From NCBI GenBank assembly GCA_053919585.1, contig CM132807.1: a stretch of 64,000 bases of DNA; one strand, written 5' to 3'. The notes beneath the pieces were generated by a model. That model searched no databases. It was not told where the DNA came from and saw only the letters and a program-made list of their open reading frames with translations. The position numbers and the translations under genes are program-made. Positions 41,371-54,910 of this stretch are shown here, piece after piece; within the stretch, counting starts at the first letter, position 1, and the number at the start of each line of letters is the position of its first letter. This stretch comes from Euprymna scolopes. Lineage: Eukaryota.

Positions 41371-44300
41371 ACACACATATATACATATAATGGATAGTCA
41401 CAAACACGGTACAAAAATTGATATTTCGTTTGCTTAAGTTATATCAATAATAGGATATCTGCCAAATATAGGAACTGTATATATCGATTTCATATGGTAG
41501 GAGAGCAAAAACCTCAATAATGTATCTTGAAATGGTCATACATAAAAAAGAGAAAATGTCGTTCTTCTTATTTACATTGTGTTTGCCCACACGGAAATAC
41601 ATAAATACATCTGAGGGTAGAACTAGCGGATGTTAGAGAAAAATCCCAATGTAATGAATTAAGATATCAATAAAAAAGAATTAATAACTGAATGCATTTT
41701 AACATACGCGATTCAAATTTTAAGTCTAGTAGTTTTTGTTTCGTAATTATTGAACTAATATTATAGCGGTTTCAGTTATTTTTCTCCCCCATCCACAAAA
41801 CGAAATTAACATTATATTCACACTTGTCCGTCCGTCCTTTAATTTGCCCGCACTTTTCTCAATAACTACGATTTGGACTTTTACTTTTTTTAATGTTTGC
41901 GCAAACATTTAACATTATATAAGTAAAAAAGATGTAACAGAACGGATCTTCCAGGAAAACTCTGGTTTCTCCCCTAGAGATGTCTTTCGGGTTTAAATGG
42001 TTAAACATGACACTGTTGTGCTTATTAAATAACATGGTGCCTTGGAGTTTTATGAAACTTTTTTAAACGTTGAACTAATTGATTTCTATATTACTTTTTC
42101 TGTCTACACTTTGCAATAAGACTTGGGTGTGTCCTAATGGCTCTTTTTTGGGCTAATAAAACACGTCTATTTAACCATTTTCGTCCCAAAACTTCTGTGT
42201 ATATCTATATAGCAATGTTCCATTGTGGCGAACTCAAATTCGCTTCCTTTAGTGCTAAATGGAGGGAGTAAATTATGGACATAGTCATTTCATTTTTTTT
42301 TTTTTTTGCATAATGCAAACCTCAAATTTACATATTGGAAGGCCTAAAACTGCAGCGTTTGTTCTTCTTCATCAGAATTTGACTTCTCCTGGGGACTCTT
42401 AACGCTAATTGGGAAGTTGAATCTAAACTACATCATTTTCTCATGCTTCGTTAGCTGTATACTAAAGGGGGTGCATGCATGGTTCATTGGTTTCGTTTAT
42501 ATATGCTTCACGGCGGGTGCCTAATCGTGTCTTTTTTGCAAGCATACATATTCATTTTTTTTAGTGTCGTAGAAGGATACACCCCTCCTGTGATGTAATA
42601 TTATGAGCTGCCATTCACCTTGTGTATATAATGTATTTAACATAGAATTCATCATATGTCGTTATAAAGATATTCATTTTATATGCACTTTAACTTAATA
42701 TGAATTTAGTTTGACTATCTTTCCTCGTATTACATATTATGGTCTTACACTTAAAAGTAAAGACGACCGCCACTAGTGCAAATTTTGGTAGTACATAATT
42801 ATGTGGATTTTCCGAACACGTTTCTACCGAGCGAAGCATACTCAACCAATGAGGAGCTGAAATAACGAAACAACTTCCTGGCAATTCGTTCAAAATAATA
42901 CAATAGATTGTGTCACGTAACCACCTGATTATAATGGAAAATGTTTTTTTTTCTCCTGTGGTTGATCCCCCTTACACGAATAGAACACACATGCGTCAAC
43001 GATGTAAACTTTGAGCGAACCTGGGGAAAACCGTTCGTCGTTGAACTCTTTAATATAGGAAATACATAAGTGCATTTATATATATAAACTTAAATAACTT
43101 TACAAAGAATAGTTAATAAGAAACACTCAATTATATATCTCCGTGCGTCTATTAAAACAATACCCCACTCCAAATGTAAAAACTGCCAGTCACCTTCACC
43201 TTTTTTTCTGGAAGAGGATTACTTTCCTCGAGTTTAAAAACTGAATCAGCGCAGCGCAGCGATACAAAGTTACGGTTCTACGCTGGAAAAATAACTATCG
43301 ACAGAATGGTGTCAGACACTTGTACTTCATATTATAATTCAAGCACTAACATGTTTTGAATATATGGTTAAGTGTTAGATTTACTCATTTAGAACTGTTT
43401 TAAGCTTCATGGCTAATGTATTTTTCTGTCAAATTTCAAACACATTTTAGAGTTCATATGTCACTTTCGCAGCTACATTTTAAAATAAAGAAAATATTAA
43501 TTTTCGTTTAGTAAAACAAACGTATTATGAAATTACTGGTGAGAGATGGTTTCCGCTGATTGGTTGATGGGTACCATAGCAAAATTTCAACATTGCTGTT
43601 TTACAGACAATTTCTTCTTATTGGCTCGTGATTACGATCACAACTTTTTCCTCGTTTACCCCTTCATATACCATAGGAGAAATGTCGCTTGCAATCACTA
43701 TTATTTGGGTTATATAGAAATAGTTAACAAAAGTGATGCTCTTCGCCGTGCCAAGGCTAATAATATTCTGATTACGACCTCACAACCTATTTCTATTTCT
43801 CTTCTTTTGTGCCATGTTGTTTGTTTTTTTGTATAATTACGTTAGACCTTTGACGTGTTTATTTAGTCAATTTAAGATATTGGTAATATTTTTTTTGTTT
43901 TTGTATGGTTTATTGAAAATGTGTATTATATTGAACACAAACAAAAAATTTTTTTCAAACCAAAGCCTGGAAAAATCATGGATTACATAAAAATGCGAGT
44001 ATGAACATTAATATCGTGAAGGTCAAGCTTAGAAAAGTAAAATTGACAAGTGGTAAACTCTGGAAAAGAAGAAGACGATACATTCTAGTGTATTTCACTT
44101 TGTCTCGGCCGCCGTGTTAAACGTATATCTTATTTTTCTTTTATTAATATTATTGGGTTTTCCCCATTTCCTTGGGCGTATTTGTTAATTTTTCCACGGA
44201 TTTCGGCCTTTTGGGTTATTTTGGGCCATCTTCCAATTACGCGATTTCCCTGTATGTTACTTGTGCGAATGTAAATTTAATTAACTATTTTGGATTTACA

Positions 44301-44755
44301 TTTGTGGATTTTACCGCCATTTGATACTTTACCTGTAACCAGACTATCCATTCAGGTAACATCGCCCTATTCTTCATCATATATCCTCTGCTTAATTTTT
44401 GTTATCAAGTAAGATCGTTGACTTACTTGGAGTTTCATCAAATACTTTTGTATGCAAAATATTATCCCGCATTTTGCTAAATCCTACCCTCTGATAAAAA
44501 GGAAAGTATTTCTTCGAAACGCGGCGTATTAAGGGTTATCCACTAATAAAGTGTTTCCTTTTCTGATTATATATGTTTTTAAATCTGTTTCAAAATGTTT
44601 TTTTACATATTTTATTAACTATTTGCTCTTATTATAAGCTCTACCGCTCTTTGCTTTCATCGAGCTTTTAAACCTGGTTGAGATTACTTTATAAATATTA
44701 ATTCTATAATATTCTTAATATACTATAGTTTACAATCTTGGATCATTTAGGTAAA

Positions 44756-45390
44756 NNNNNNNNNNNNNNNNNNNNNNNNNNNNNNNNNNNNNNNNNNNNN
44801 NNNNNNNNNNNNNNNNNNNNNNNNNNNNNNNNNNNNNNNNNNNNNNNNNNNNNNNNNNNNNNNNNNNNNNNNNNNNNNNNNNNNNNNNNNNNNNNNNNNN
44901 NNNNNNNNNNNNNNNNNNNNNNNNNNNNNNNNNNNNNNNNNNNNNNNNNNNNNNNNNNNNNNNNNNNNNNNNNNNNNNNNNNNNNNNNNNNNNNNNNNNN
45001 NNNNNNNNNNNNNNNNNNNNNNNNNNNNNNNNNNNNNNNNNNNNNNNNNNNNNNNNNNNNNNNNNNNNNNNNNNNNNNNNNNNNNNNNNNNNNNNNNNNN
45101 NNNNNNNNNNNNNNNNNNNNNNNNNNNNNNNNNNNNNNNNNNNNNNNNNNNNNNNNNNNNNNNNNNNNNNNNNNNNNNNNNNNNNNNNNNNNNNNNNNNN
45201 NNNNNNNNNNNNNNNNNNNNNNNNNNNNNNNNNNNNNNNNNNNNNNNNNNNNNNNNNNNNNNNNNNNNNNNNNNNNNNNNNNNNNNNNNNNNNNNNNNNN
45301 NNNNNNNNNNNNNNNNNNNNNNNNNNNNNNNNNNNNNNNNNNNNNNNNNNNNNNNNNNNNNNNNNNNNNNNNNNNNNNNNNNNNNNNNNN
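44756..45390. other. Assembly gap
   Basis: Run of N. Confidence 1.
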
Positions 45391-45399
45391 AAATTTTTT

Positions 45400-46872
45400 T
45401 CCAATTCCAATCGGATTAGCGATTCCGATTTAAATTACTTAGTCCGATTCGATTACCGATTCAGATGTCGATTCTTTTATAATTAATACATACCTTATTA
45501 GAGATGTGTTGTTTTCTTTTTGTTAAGTTGCAAATTATTGCATACACCACCCGCGGGTAATTTCTCCGTGTATTTTTTCCTTCAATATTTTCCTAGTAAT
45601 TGATTGAAAAGCTGAAGACAGAAGAAGATTTTGAAGCAAAACCAGAATGTATTATTTCGTCGTAAACGGTTTAAAATAGTCGACAATTGTGAGGCAAAAT
45701 GGGAAAACTATGTAAGAACAAAATATTTATAAATTTGCATCCCATTGTTACGAACGAATTTCTGAATAATAATGTTAGTATTTTTAAAAATAGTTTCACA
45801 TAGGAGGTCGCGGGCTTTGTTAACTATGCTGTGCGTACTCTTTACGAATGAAGTTCAAGTTTTATTTTGATTATGAAAATTTGGTCGGTAATTATATTGT
45901 TTTGCTTGCTGTAAAAAAAAAGATGCAAATAATAATAAAAAAAGAAGAAGAAAAGGAGAAAAAAGAATAACAGCAATACTCCTTGAAACAAAACTCTATA
46001 GGCGAAACATTACTAAGGGAATAAACGTTGACAGTGTAACTAATAAGATACTCGTGACCGTTTATAATCTGGACCAATGAAGAGCGAAGGGATCTCGACT
46101 CATAACGATGCACAATGCTCTACACTTGAAAGAATCCTTACTGCGGCAATAGACAAGGAAGAACCACAGAACATAGAAAAAGAGGCAAAGAATAAGACAA
46201 GGGTAATAATGAGAAGAGAAGCTGCTACAGGACGATCCAAAACGATTTCAAAAGAAGAGACTAACTAAAACACTTGGAAATGACAACAAAAAAGAAATCT
46301 TACCAGGGAAGCTGGATCACCAATAGCAGCTGCACAAGATACCGTAATTAGGACCAAAAACATAAAAGCAAGGATCGACAAGACACAATAAAACAGCGAA
46401 TGCAGACTTTGTGGACAAAGAGACGAACAATACACCACATGATTGAATGCAGAAAAAAAAGCGAATAAAGAATATAAAAATAGACACGATAAAAGTAGGA
46501 TTATGCAACAATAGACACGATAAAGTTGCAATTATGCAAAAATTGCATCTTGATCACACAGACAATTGGTACAAACAGAAAACGGCAGCAGTACTGGAAA
46601 ATGAAAGTAGCAAGCTCTTAAAGGACATGGATATACCCACTGATAAACACATGAAAACAAAAAGACCAGATGCCATAAGAGTTAAGGAGTAGCATAGGCT
46701 ATACCATATTGTAGATGTTATCGTTCCATCAGCCAACAGAGTGAAGATCAAGGAGACTGAAAAGCGGAACTAATACAAAATGTAAAATGAAGAAAGTAAA
46801 AATAACACCACTAATATAGCTCCAAAAGTTCTGATTTTTCCGATTCCCGATTCCGATTAATCGTCCCAATAT

Positions 46873-46875
<3 letters not shown>
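45400..46875. mobile_element. Possible non-autonomous DNA transposon with CCGATT subterminal repeats
   Basis: ccgatt/cgatt clusters at 45400-45475 and 46840-46865, ending gattaatcgtccca. Confidence 0.4.
46070..46820 (+). mobile_element. R4/Dong-like RLE LINE C-terminal fragment
   Basis: AAAQDTVIRTKNIKARIDKTQ..CRLCGQRDE zinc knuckle; LLKDMDIPTDK..RPDAI endonuclease motif. Confidence 0.85.
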
Positions 46876-46916
<41 letters not shown>

Positions 46917-47574
46917 TTGTATATATATGTATGTATATATATATATATATATATATTAGGAGAAGAAAAAGAAGAATGAGATTTACACCCTGCAAAATTT
47001 ATGTTATTATTATTAGAGTAAATTTTCTCTTGATTATTACATTATAACAGCACCTAGTTCAATAAAGTCATAAAGTTGGTCTGTGTTAGTCCACAGTTTC
47101 ATTAATTGATGCCTTAAATAGAATGTTTCGCAAATGAATATCAATATTTACAAAATATGCCCGTTTTATTCTGCCTAACTCTGAACAGCGCTTCTGGCCG
47201 TCAAGCTAGTTTGCTCTTACTAAAAAGCATATGCAAGGTGATGTTTGAATTAAATATATTCCTTCAATAAAATTTGGAAGGTTAAAAAATCATCAAACAA
47301 TGATTAATTTTATAAACTAATATAGCACATTTTTCGCTTATGTAAAATTCATCAATCATTAGAAAGATGTAGCTCAGATACAATGGAATACTGTTTTTTT
47401 CTCTTGTATTAATTAAGCATACGGTTTTCATACGTCAATTTTAAAAAAATGCTACGAGCAAAATCTTAAAGAAAAAATGTGCTATTGTTAGTAACTCGTT
47501 GACAGTGAAACACTTACTTCCAAATAAGTATCTTTTGGAAGAAACAATAGAACTAAAGTTAAGTATTGATATTA

Positions 47575-47645
47575 ATGTACTTCGTGTGGTAGAACTGCCG
47601 ACTGTCAACAGGGCGGGTCTAGGTTCAATCCTTGGCTTTACTAGA
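47575..47645 (+). pseudogene. tRNA-derived remnant (Asp-like CTGTCA loop) or SINE head
   Basis: A-box-like gtgtggtag and B box GGTTCAATCC at tRNA spacing; acceptor stem does not pair. Confidence 0.45.
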
Positions 47646-47670
47646 TGCTAGTCTAGCGGCACTTATGACT

Positions 47671-47719
<49 letters not shown>

Positions 47720-48450
47720 GTGTGAGTTCGCGTATGTGCCAACGCAAGCGATCATTTTTGTATATACTTCTTTTCGAAACACCTTAGTTGTCATTTTCCC
47801 TATTACATTTGCTATTAAGTCGCTATAGAATTGAGAATGTACGAACTATTTTAGATAAGTCTATGATTTGTTTTGTTTATAAATGCCAATTGCTCTTTTA
47901 TCACAGAGAAAAACTCGTGCTACTTCCATGAGTTTGTGCAATATTGTGTTTGCCATGGTTTTGTAATTTCCATTGTTTGTAAAATATGTTTTTTTTTTAC
48001 GTTTCATTTTTTTAGTTTAGCGTGTTGATCGTTTTATTTTCGACTTCATGTCTTTTTCTTTAAAATGTTTTTTTTTTCTTGCCACTTACCTTACGTTTAC
48101 GCTATGATTTATTAAGGTTAAATTTTTCTTGTTTCTTTATTTTCCCCTTTATTTCTACTCCTTTTATATGTAAAAAAAAAACTGTCATCGTGTGGGAAAC
48201 AATTTTTGGTCGATTAATCATTATAAAATCTTATTGTACTTTTTTTTTTCTTCCTGCATACAACGAACTTATTGAATGTGTTTTTAACTTGTATGTTTAA
48301 TAATTCATAATTAACTTTCAATTGCACAGATATTTCATGGATTTCCTTTGTGTTCGCCAATTGTATTTTTGCCTATATTGCTTCATCTAATACGTTTCCT
48401 GTCGATATTTTTTATCAATATACATTTTATTATATTTTCTGAAGGTTTAG

Positions 48451-51230
48451 TATTATTATTGGCTCACATGGAGCTTTCACACAAGTCAACAAACGATTTG
48501 ATTGGATACCTGCGGTGTTCTCTTGAGGCTGAGTGACAACAAATCTCCCCAGACCTCCAGTTCTTCTCCACAACTTTCGATAGCATTTGCAAATGAGTTT
48601 GCATAATCGCAATAGCCACTTACCATTGATGTCTCGACGGCAGTAGTCATTAGTTTATACTTGAATTTGAGTGGCACTAAGCCTCCCCAAAGTCCCAGTT
48701 CTCTTTGCGCTTGTCCAACCGAGGTCTTGCTGGCGCTCTCTCCTGGCTCTTTCAGTCCTTCTTGCTCCTTCTCAGCTCTTTGCTGTCACTTTTTTATTAG
48801 GAGGAGCAGTGGTGAAACTATGGTGGGATGCATGATTCGGGTTGTACTGGTAGATCTGCAGCTTCGGTGTTCTTCATTCCCTGTAACATTTATTCATTAT
48901 ATTGTATTCTTTTATTATTCTCCGCATTCAAGGGGTTTCCTTAATATTTCAGTCGTTTTCGTTATCTTTACTCGTTGTGCTTTTGCAGTTATTCCTCTGA
49001 TTCTAATTTTTAGCATTCTTTTTTAGGCGTATTTCGGAATTGTTCCTAGTGCTCTTACTATTATCGGTACAATTTTGATTTTCTTCATCATCCAACTCCC
49101 TTTTAACTCTGTGGATGGCTCTGTGTATTTGCTTCGTTTATCCTTTTATTTCATACTCACCGTGTGGTCAGCTGGGACAGAAAAGTCTACGATTTGACAG
49201 GGTTTTTCTTTCTTGTAAATTATTACACCATCTGGTTTCTTGCTTGGATGAGTTTGTTCGTCTGTATGTCCATGTACCATAGGATTGTGTGGTTCTCGTT
49301 TTCGAGTACTGTTGCGGGTTTAAGCTTGTATCATTTGTCTGTACTCTCAAAATCCCGTCGTTTGCACACTTCCCAGTGCACCGTTCTCCACACTTGGCCA
49401 TGCCTGTTTTTGTATTCCTTTTTGGCCAGTTTGCTGCATTCACTAACTATATGGTTATCGTTTCGTCTTTTTCTCCGCAGAGTCTGCATATGCTGTTTTC
49501 TTGTGTTTGATCGATTCTTGCTTTGATATGGTTGGTTCTTATCGAGTTACCTTGTGCTGCAGTTATTAGACATTCAGTTTCTCGGTTTATATGTCCTTTT
49601 CGCATCCACGTCCAGGTTTTTTCGTTATTCTCATCTTTTGTCATTCTTATGAATCTTCCGTGGAGTTGTTTCTCTCCCCATTTCTCTTTTCTTGTTTTGT
49701 CAGTTGTCCCTCTGTTTTCTGTTTTGTGTTTTTTTCTGTTTAGTGTTTTGCTTTAGGTATTTTTCTAGTCTTTTTTCGTGTCCTTCACACAGTCTTTCAT
49801 ACAGATCAGTCCTCTACCGCCGTCTTTCCTTTTCATGTAGAGCCCGTAAAAATCGTCCTTTAGGTATAGTGCATGATGCATGGCCATGACTTTACTGGTT
49901 TTCTGGTCGAGTTGTCTCAGTTCTTCTTTTGCCCTTTCTGCTATATAATTTCTTGGCTGAAGAGCAGGGTAGTGTGAATTTGTGTCTCTAGCTCCTTGCA
50001 AAAAGTTTCAGATCGTCCATGTACATAGGTGGTTCATTTTTTCCTCTGTATTGGAGAACTTGTATCCCGCTTGGCACTGTCTCAGAATACTGTTCAAGGG
50101 CACCATGGCTATTATGAATAATGAGTCTCCTTGGAAGGTGTCTCTTTGTATGTTAATTTCTGTTATGTGTTGCCCATCAGCTTTCAATCCCAGTCTTCAT
50201 GTTTTCATTGCATTTTCTATTACATTGGTGATCCCGCTTGGTATTTGATACATTTTTAGGCATTCAATTGTCCATGCTAGTGGGGATCCTGTCGTACGCT
50301 TTTTGTAGTCGATCAAGGCTATGGCTAAGTTATTCCCCATTTTTTACCTACTTTAGGATCATTTGATCTATATATATATATATAGCAGGTCATGTGTTCC
50401 TCTTTTTCCTTTTTGGTATCCTTTCTGCTCATCGGGGATGAGTCCAGGTTTATTCAGGGAGTTGTTGATTTGTTCCCTCAGTTGTGCTGTCAGTATCTTT
50501 CACATAGTTGGTAAGCACGTGATTGGCCAATAGTTGCTAGAGACGGTTCCTTTCTCCTTATCATTCAATAGCAGTGTAGTGCTACTTTTTTCATCCAGTC
50601 TAGTACGCTTTCTCCTGTATACATCTCGGGTTTTGGGCTAGTCTTTCGTGTATGGTTGTGAATTTTTTTAGCCAGTATGCATGTATCCCGTCGTGCCCTG
50701 GTGCTGTCCAGTTTGCCATTTTTCCTATGGTTTTCTGTAGGTTTCCTGCTGATTTCATTCGCTGTTCCTTCTTTTTTTTTTGTAACTCTTCTTTCATGTC
50801 TTTCAGCCATTGTGATCTCGTCGCTCTTCCCATATATTACTCCAGTAGAGTTTTGTATCCGTCGCATTTGGTTGTTCTGTTTTTGTCTTTCCTCCGTTCA
50901 CATTTTGGTAGAATTGGCTTTCATTATTTTCAAATGTTCTGTTTTGTTTGCAGTGTTCAGATTTATATCTATATGGTCTCAATCTCGCACCAACAAAAAC
51001 GAAGTCTACAAACGTGTACACTTCGTTTTTTGTTGGTCTTCGGCCTTTGGTGTTTTTACTTTTGAGGCTTCAACTTGTGGGGTTTCTCTACGTACGGTTT
51101 TGTTGGGGGTGCTTCTTGTTCAGTTTCATCACTTATTTTTCTCTGAATTTCTGTTAGTTCTAGTGTAGAGAGCCCACCCTTCTTGAGTATCAGTTTTGCT
51201 TGGCCCGAAATTCTTTGTTCTGTCGTATGG
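48451..51230 (-). mobile_element. R4/Dong-like RLE non-LTR retrotransposon, decayed, with stacked extra 3' ends
   Basis: RT motifs TAPGHDGIHAYWLKK, NYWPITCLPTM, IDYKKAY, FQGDSL; CRLCGEKDET; endonuclease TILWYMDIQTDK and IVPIIVRALGTIPK; TAA repeats at both ends. Confidence 0.9.
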
Positions 51231-52071
51231 TAATTATTATTATTATTTATTTATTTATTTAATTAATGAATGAATGAATTAATTAATACCAACAGACGGA
51301 TCTCGTCAATATCCGAGAATAAATTTTAAAAGACAGTGCCTTATGTATCGGTATTTATTTTTCCAAGTCAATTCTACATGGTAGCCATTTAAAAGTTAAG
51401 GAGATTAAAACCGATGCAAACTTGCTCATATAAACTGTTTGAGGAAACACTTTTGGCACACACTTGTCAAAGCGTATGAAAAAGTTTGTAATATCTTTAC
51501 ACCTCACTTTAATGGAATAAAACTCCTGGAAATGTATACGCTTAAGTCTATTCAGAACTACTTCAACCCGACGGCTAAAATGTCCCAGTATTGCGTGTCT
51601 TTACTGTTAAACAAATTTCAATAACATACTCTCTGCCGCTATGTTTCATTAAGCCAAATCGAAGTTATCTGTTAGTCTAGCCGTAATCACATCTAAACAT
51701 CGGATAACCTTCTTTCAGTCCAGATATTTACAATAAAGAGTAGTTCAAGGTGACACTCCTTTTTCATATAAATATTTATTTGTATTTTCTTTTTACGTGC
51801 AATACTACGAATTCCGTTATTTTATTCTTTATTCCTACAAGGATAGTCATTAATGACCTATTCGAAGGAGTCGAACTAAAATTCTATTGTCTCTCTTCCC
51901 AACAAGATTTAACATTTCTCTCTAAATCATGCTTGTTAGGCTAAGTACGTTTAATTTTTTTACGTTCAAACACCATTTATATGTTATAAACTTCAACTTA
52001 TATTTCTCAAATTTACGTACAGAATGGTTATTTGTTTTCAATGTTAACCTATTTTGAAGAATTATTATTAA

Positions 52072-52622
52072 CAAGCTAGGGGACGGGGACCGGCGTTGCT
52101 CGTGAGTCTGTAGGGGTATGTGTTGGGGGGTGATCAACATAACCCTGTTTAAAAAATAATAAAATTTGCCGGATGTGTGCAGGTGTAAAAGAAAAAAAAA
52201 CAGTTTTAGTAGGAAAGTAGGATTAAGATAGAGATGAAAACGAAATGGGGGGGCGGCACCTAGCTATCTCGGCCACGAGAGAAAATGAATGAAAGGCCTC
52301 TTAATTTAACGTTTATAAAATGTAATTAGCAGTTGCGAGAAACTTAAGTCGCGTGATGTTTGACCTTGAAACATGACGCGGCTGCAAGACAGTTTTCGCT
52401 TGCTTTATACTGAAAAGCGAAAGATACACGGGGCGCTCTAAGAATCTGGAAAATAGCGCGTAAAATCGGACAAATTAAATAGACAGGCGACCTCCGTTCG
52501 TAACTCATATATATTATCATTTAGACATGATATAAAAAGTTTTAAGAAGGAATCAGCCGACCAAGAAGTCCATTTTAGAGATATACACAAATAGCGAACA
52601 TACATACATACGCACATTTTCC

Positions 52623-52704
<82 letters not shown>
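52072..52704 (-). mobile_element. Non-autonomous Helitron-like element
   Basis: Minus 5' TC(TA)nAAA..tgtatgtatgt start; 3' GC-rich cgagcaacgccggt followed by CTAG. Confidence 0.6.
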
Positions 52705-52705
<1 letters not shown>

Positions 52706-54584
52706 GACTTATATAAGCCACAGTTTTAAAGCCAGATTTGAGTTAAAGTTAAATGGAACTTTTCATTTAATTTACCATTTTTAATTCGACAAACCTTCTT
52801 ATATTTTAAACTTCGTTGCTTTTTGCAAAATAAAAGTTTTGTTTTAAATTTATCTTAACCTGTGTGGATTATGCGATTGCATATTCAACACATTTTCATT
52901 TAATATTGATAATTATTATATCAATAAAATACCGTTACTTAGTCTTTAAATTTTATTTTTGTACGGATCTTTTGCGTAATAAATTTTCTAATGCATCATT
53001 AAACCAATCAAACACACAGAAATCATAAATAGTCTCTCAAACACTAAGAAAACATGGACTTTTGTTCTTACTTTATGATTAAGTTTACGAAATTGGGCAT
53101 CATGCCATTCGGTTGAGAGCGCATAAGTAATTGGTATTTTTAATTTAATCTTGTTGTGAATATCTTTATGGATATAACTTAAGACATAATTAAGTAACAC
53201 ATCAAACGTTAATAGAAATAAATGTTTTGAATGGATGCCATGGGTGCATATTAGAATATACTGATAATCAGTCTCCTTATAATGTGTGTGCTATTATCAG
53301 TTCAGTAAATGCATTTACCTATCGAGTAGAACAGTCATCACAGATATATATTTCTTAACCTATTTACCTTTTTAAACGTAATGAAGTATAATCGATTATT
53401 AGGTTTATTATTTATTTTTGGATTACGATAGGGAATACCCGTGAAAAATAATGTGTTTGCCATATATCAGTTCAATAATAACGACCTTCAATATTACCAA
53501 ATTATTTATAACAGCATCAATGGTTCAATGTTTGCGAAGTACAAATCATAACGACATAAATATTGAACAGCCATCTCCAGAATTATCGCGCATCATTTTA
53601 CAATGACTATTAAGCAATTTGTGCTATAAGCTAGAAAAATGACTCGACCATATTACATAGTGAAATTCAGTCATTATCCTTTCGGGATAATATTATATAC
53701 GGTTCCGGGTTACGCATTTAACACTAAGAAGTAGCGTGAAAGAAGTTTGTATACTGATGAAAAGGAGTATATGCGCATTAAATTCAATCGATTGATTTTG
53801 AGGCCAGACTAATAGGTTTTATCGGTCGTCTATACGAGTCTCACATAACTTCTCACAATCAAAGGAATCTTTAATACATAGTCGAATGCTACATACATGC
53901 GACGAGTATGGAAGAGTTGTGCCCAAAGGTGTCGACACAGAAATGCCTCAGTAAGTGGTCACTCGCTTGAAACGAAGCATAATATAAAACTACCCAGCCG
54001 TAAATCTGACGTGCTTTGCGCAAAATCAAGGTAGGGTTTGTAGATGAGGACGAATTATATACGAACACTTGGATCATTCGAACGTTAAATGAAATGCAAC
54101 ACGTAATAAAATGCATGCATTCTCATGTGGCTTTCGATCTTTTGAGATACAGCTCACGGAGAAATGTAAAAGTTAAATCTACCCGACGATATTTCTCATA
54201 AATGTTCTTTCGTTACGCAGTAGGAAATAGTAGTCAGATGGGTCGCAGTATTTTAATATGAAATCGAATGCAAAAAATGCAAGTTTTTATTGCATATTTA
54301 GCAAAACAAACAAAAGCAATTCATGAAATAATAATTACCAAACTATACAATAAGCTGAATGATACACATGTAGACCACAGCAATGGAGCAATCGTTTGAT
54401 TTTTATAAATTAATCAATTCGAAATGCCAACATTTTACAATGAAGATAGAAGTTGCGGTTATTTTTGTGAAACAACTGCTTGGAATTTTCAGAACACTAT
54501 AATATCTAAATTCAATATCTAGATTCAGCATTGCTGTCTGATAAATAATAACAAACGCAAGACTAAATCGATTTAGATGTTTTA

Positions 54585-54910
54585 TTTTATTTTATTTATT
54601 TTTTTATTCACGTATACCTTAAACAAAACATCTCGCAGCTTGGACGGCAGGTATTATTATTTCGGACCAGGCATGAGATAGAAACATGTGTTGTTTTAAA
54701 ACGTGTGTATACGAGTACAGTAAAAGAAGCAGTTAGCCAAAAGCGAATTGCAAAATCTATCTCTTCACGGCAGAAACTATTGTAGTAGAAACCTTTCTCG
54801 CATTTAGGGATGACATCAGTAAAGGCGTGTGTTTTGTTACGAAGTGTGTTTTTCCGATATATAGGTTGCGGTTGTAGACGTGGTGTGAGTTCACCAGACC
54901 ACATTCTATT
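54585..54910 (-). mobile_element. Short CR1/L2-group LINE 3' end
   Basis: WSGEL..HAFTDVIPKCEKGFYYNSF resembles the C-terminus of the 31.7-32.5 kb family; A-rich (TAAAA) tail at ~54585-54607. Confidence 0.5.

Noticed and set aside
42344-42422. Possible terminal exon FNFPISVKSPQEKSNSDEEEQTLQF* (minus)
   Set aside because: Too short, weak polypyrimidine tract, no recognisable homology
44180-44750. Possible LINE RNase H remnant (SNIQGNRV, minus)
   Set aside because: Single weak motif among many stops
44730-45433. 226 and 231 aa ORFs
   Set aside because: Almost entirely N
53890-54050. Mariner-like peptide YGWVVLYY..ASDHLLRHF (minus)
   Set aside because: Similarity too weak and no TIR found
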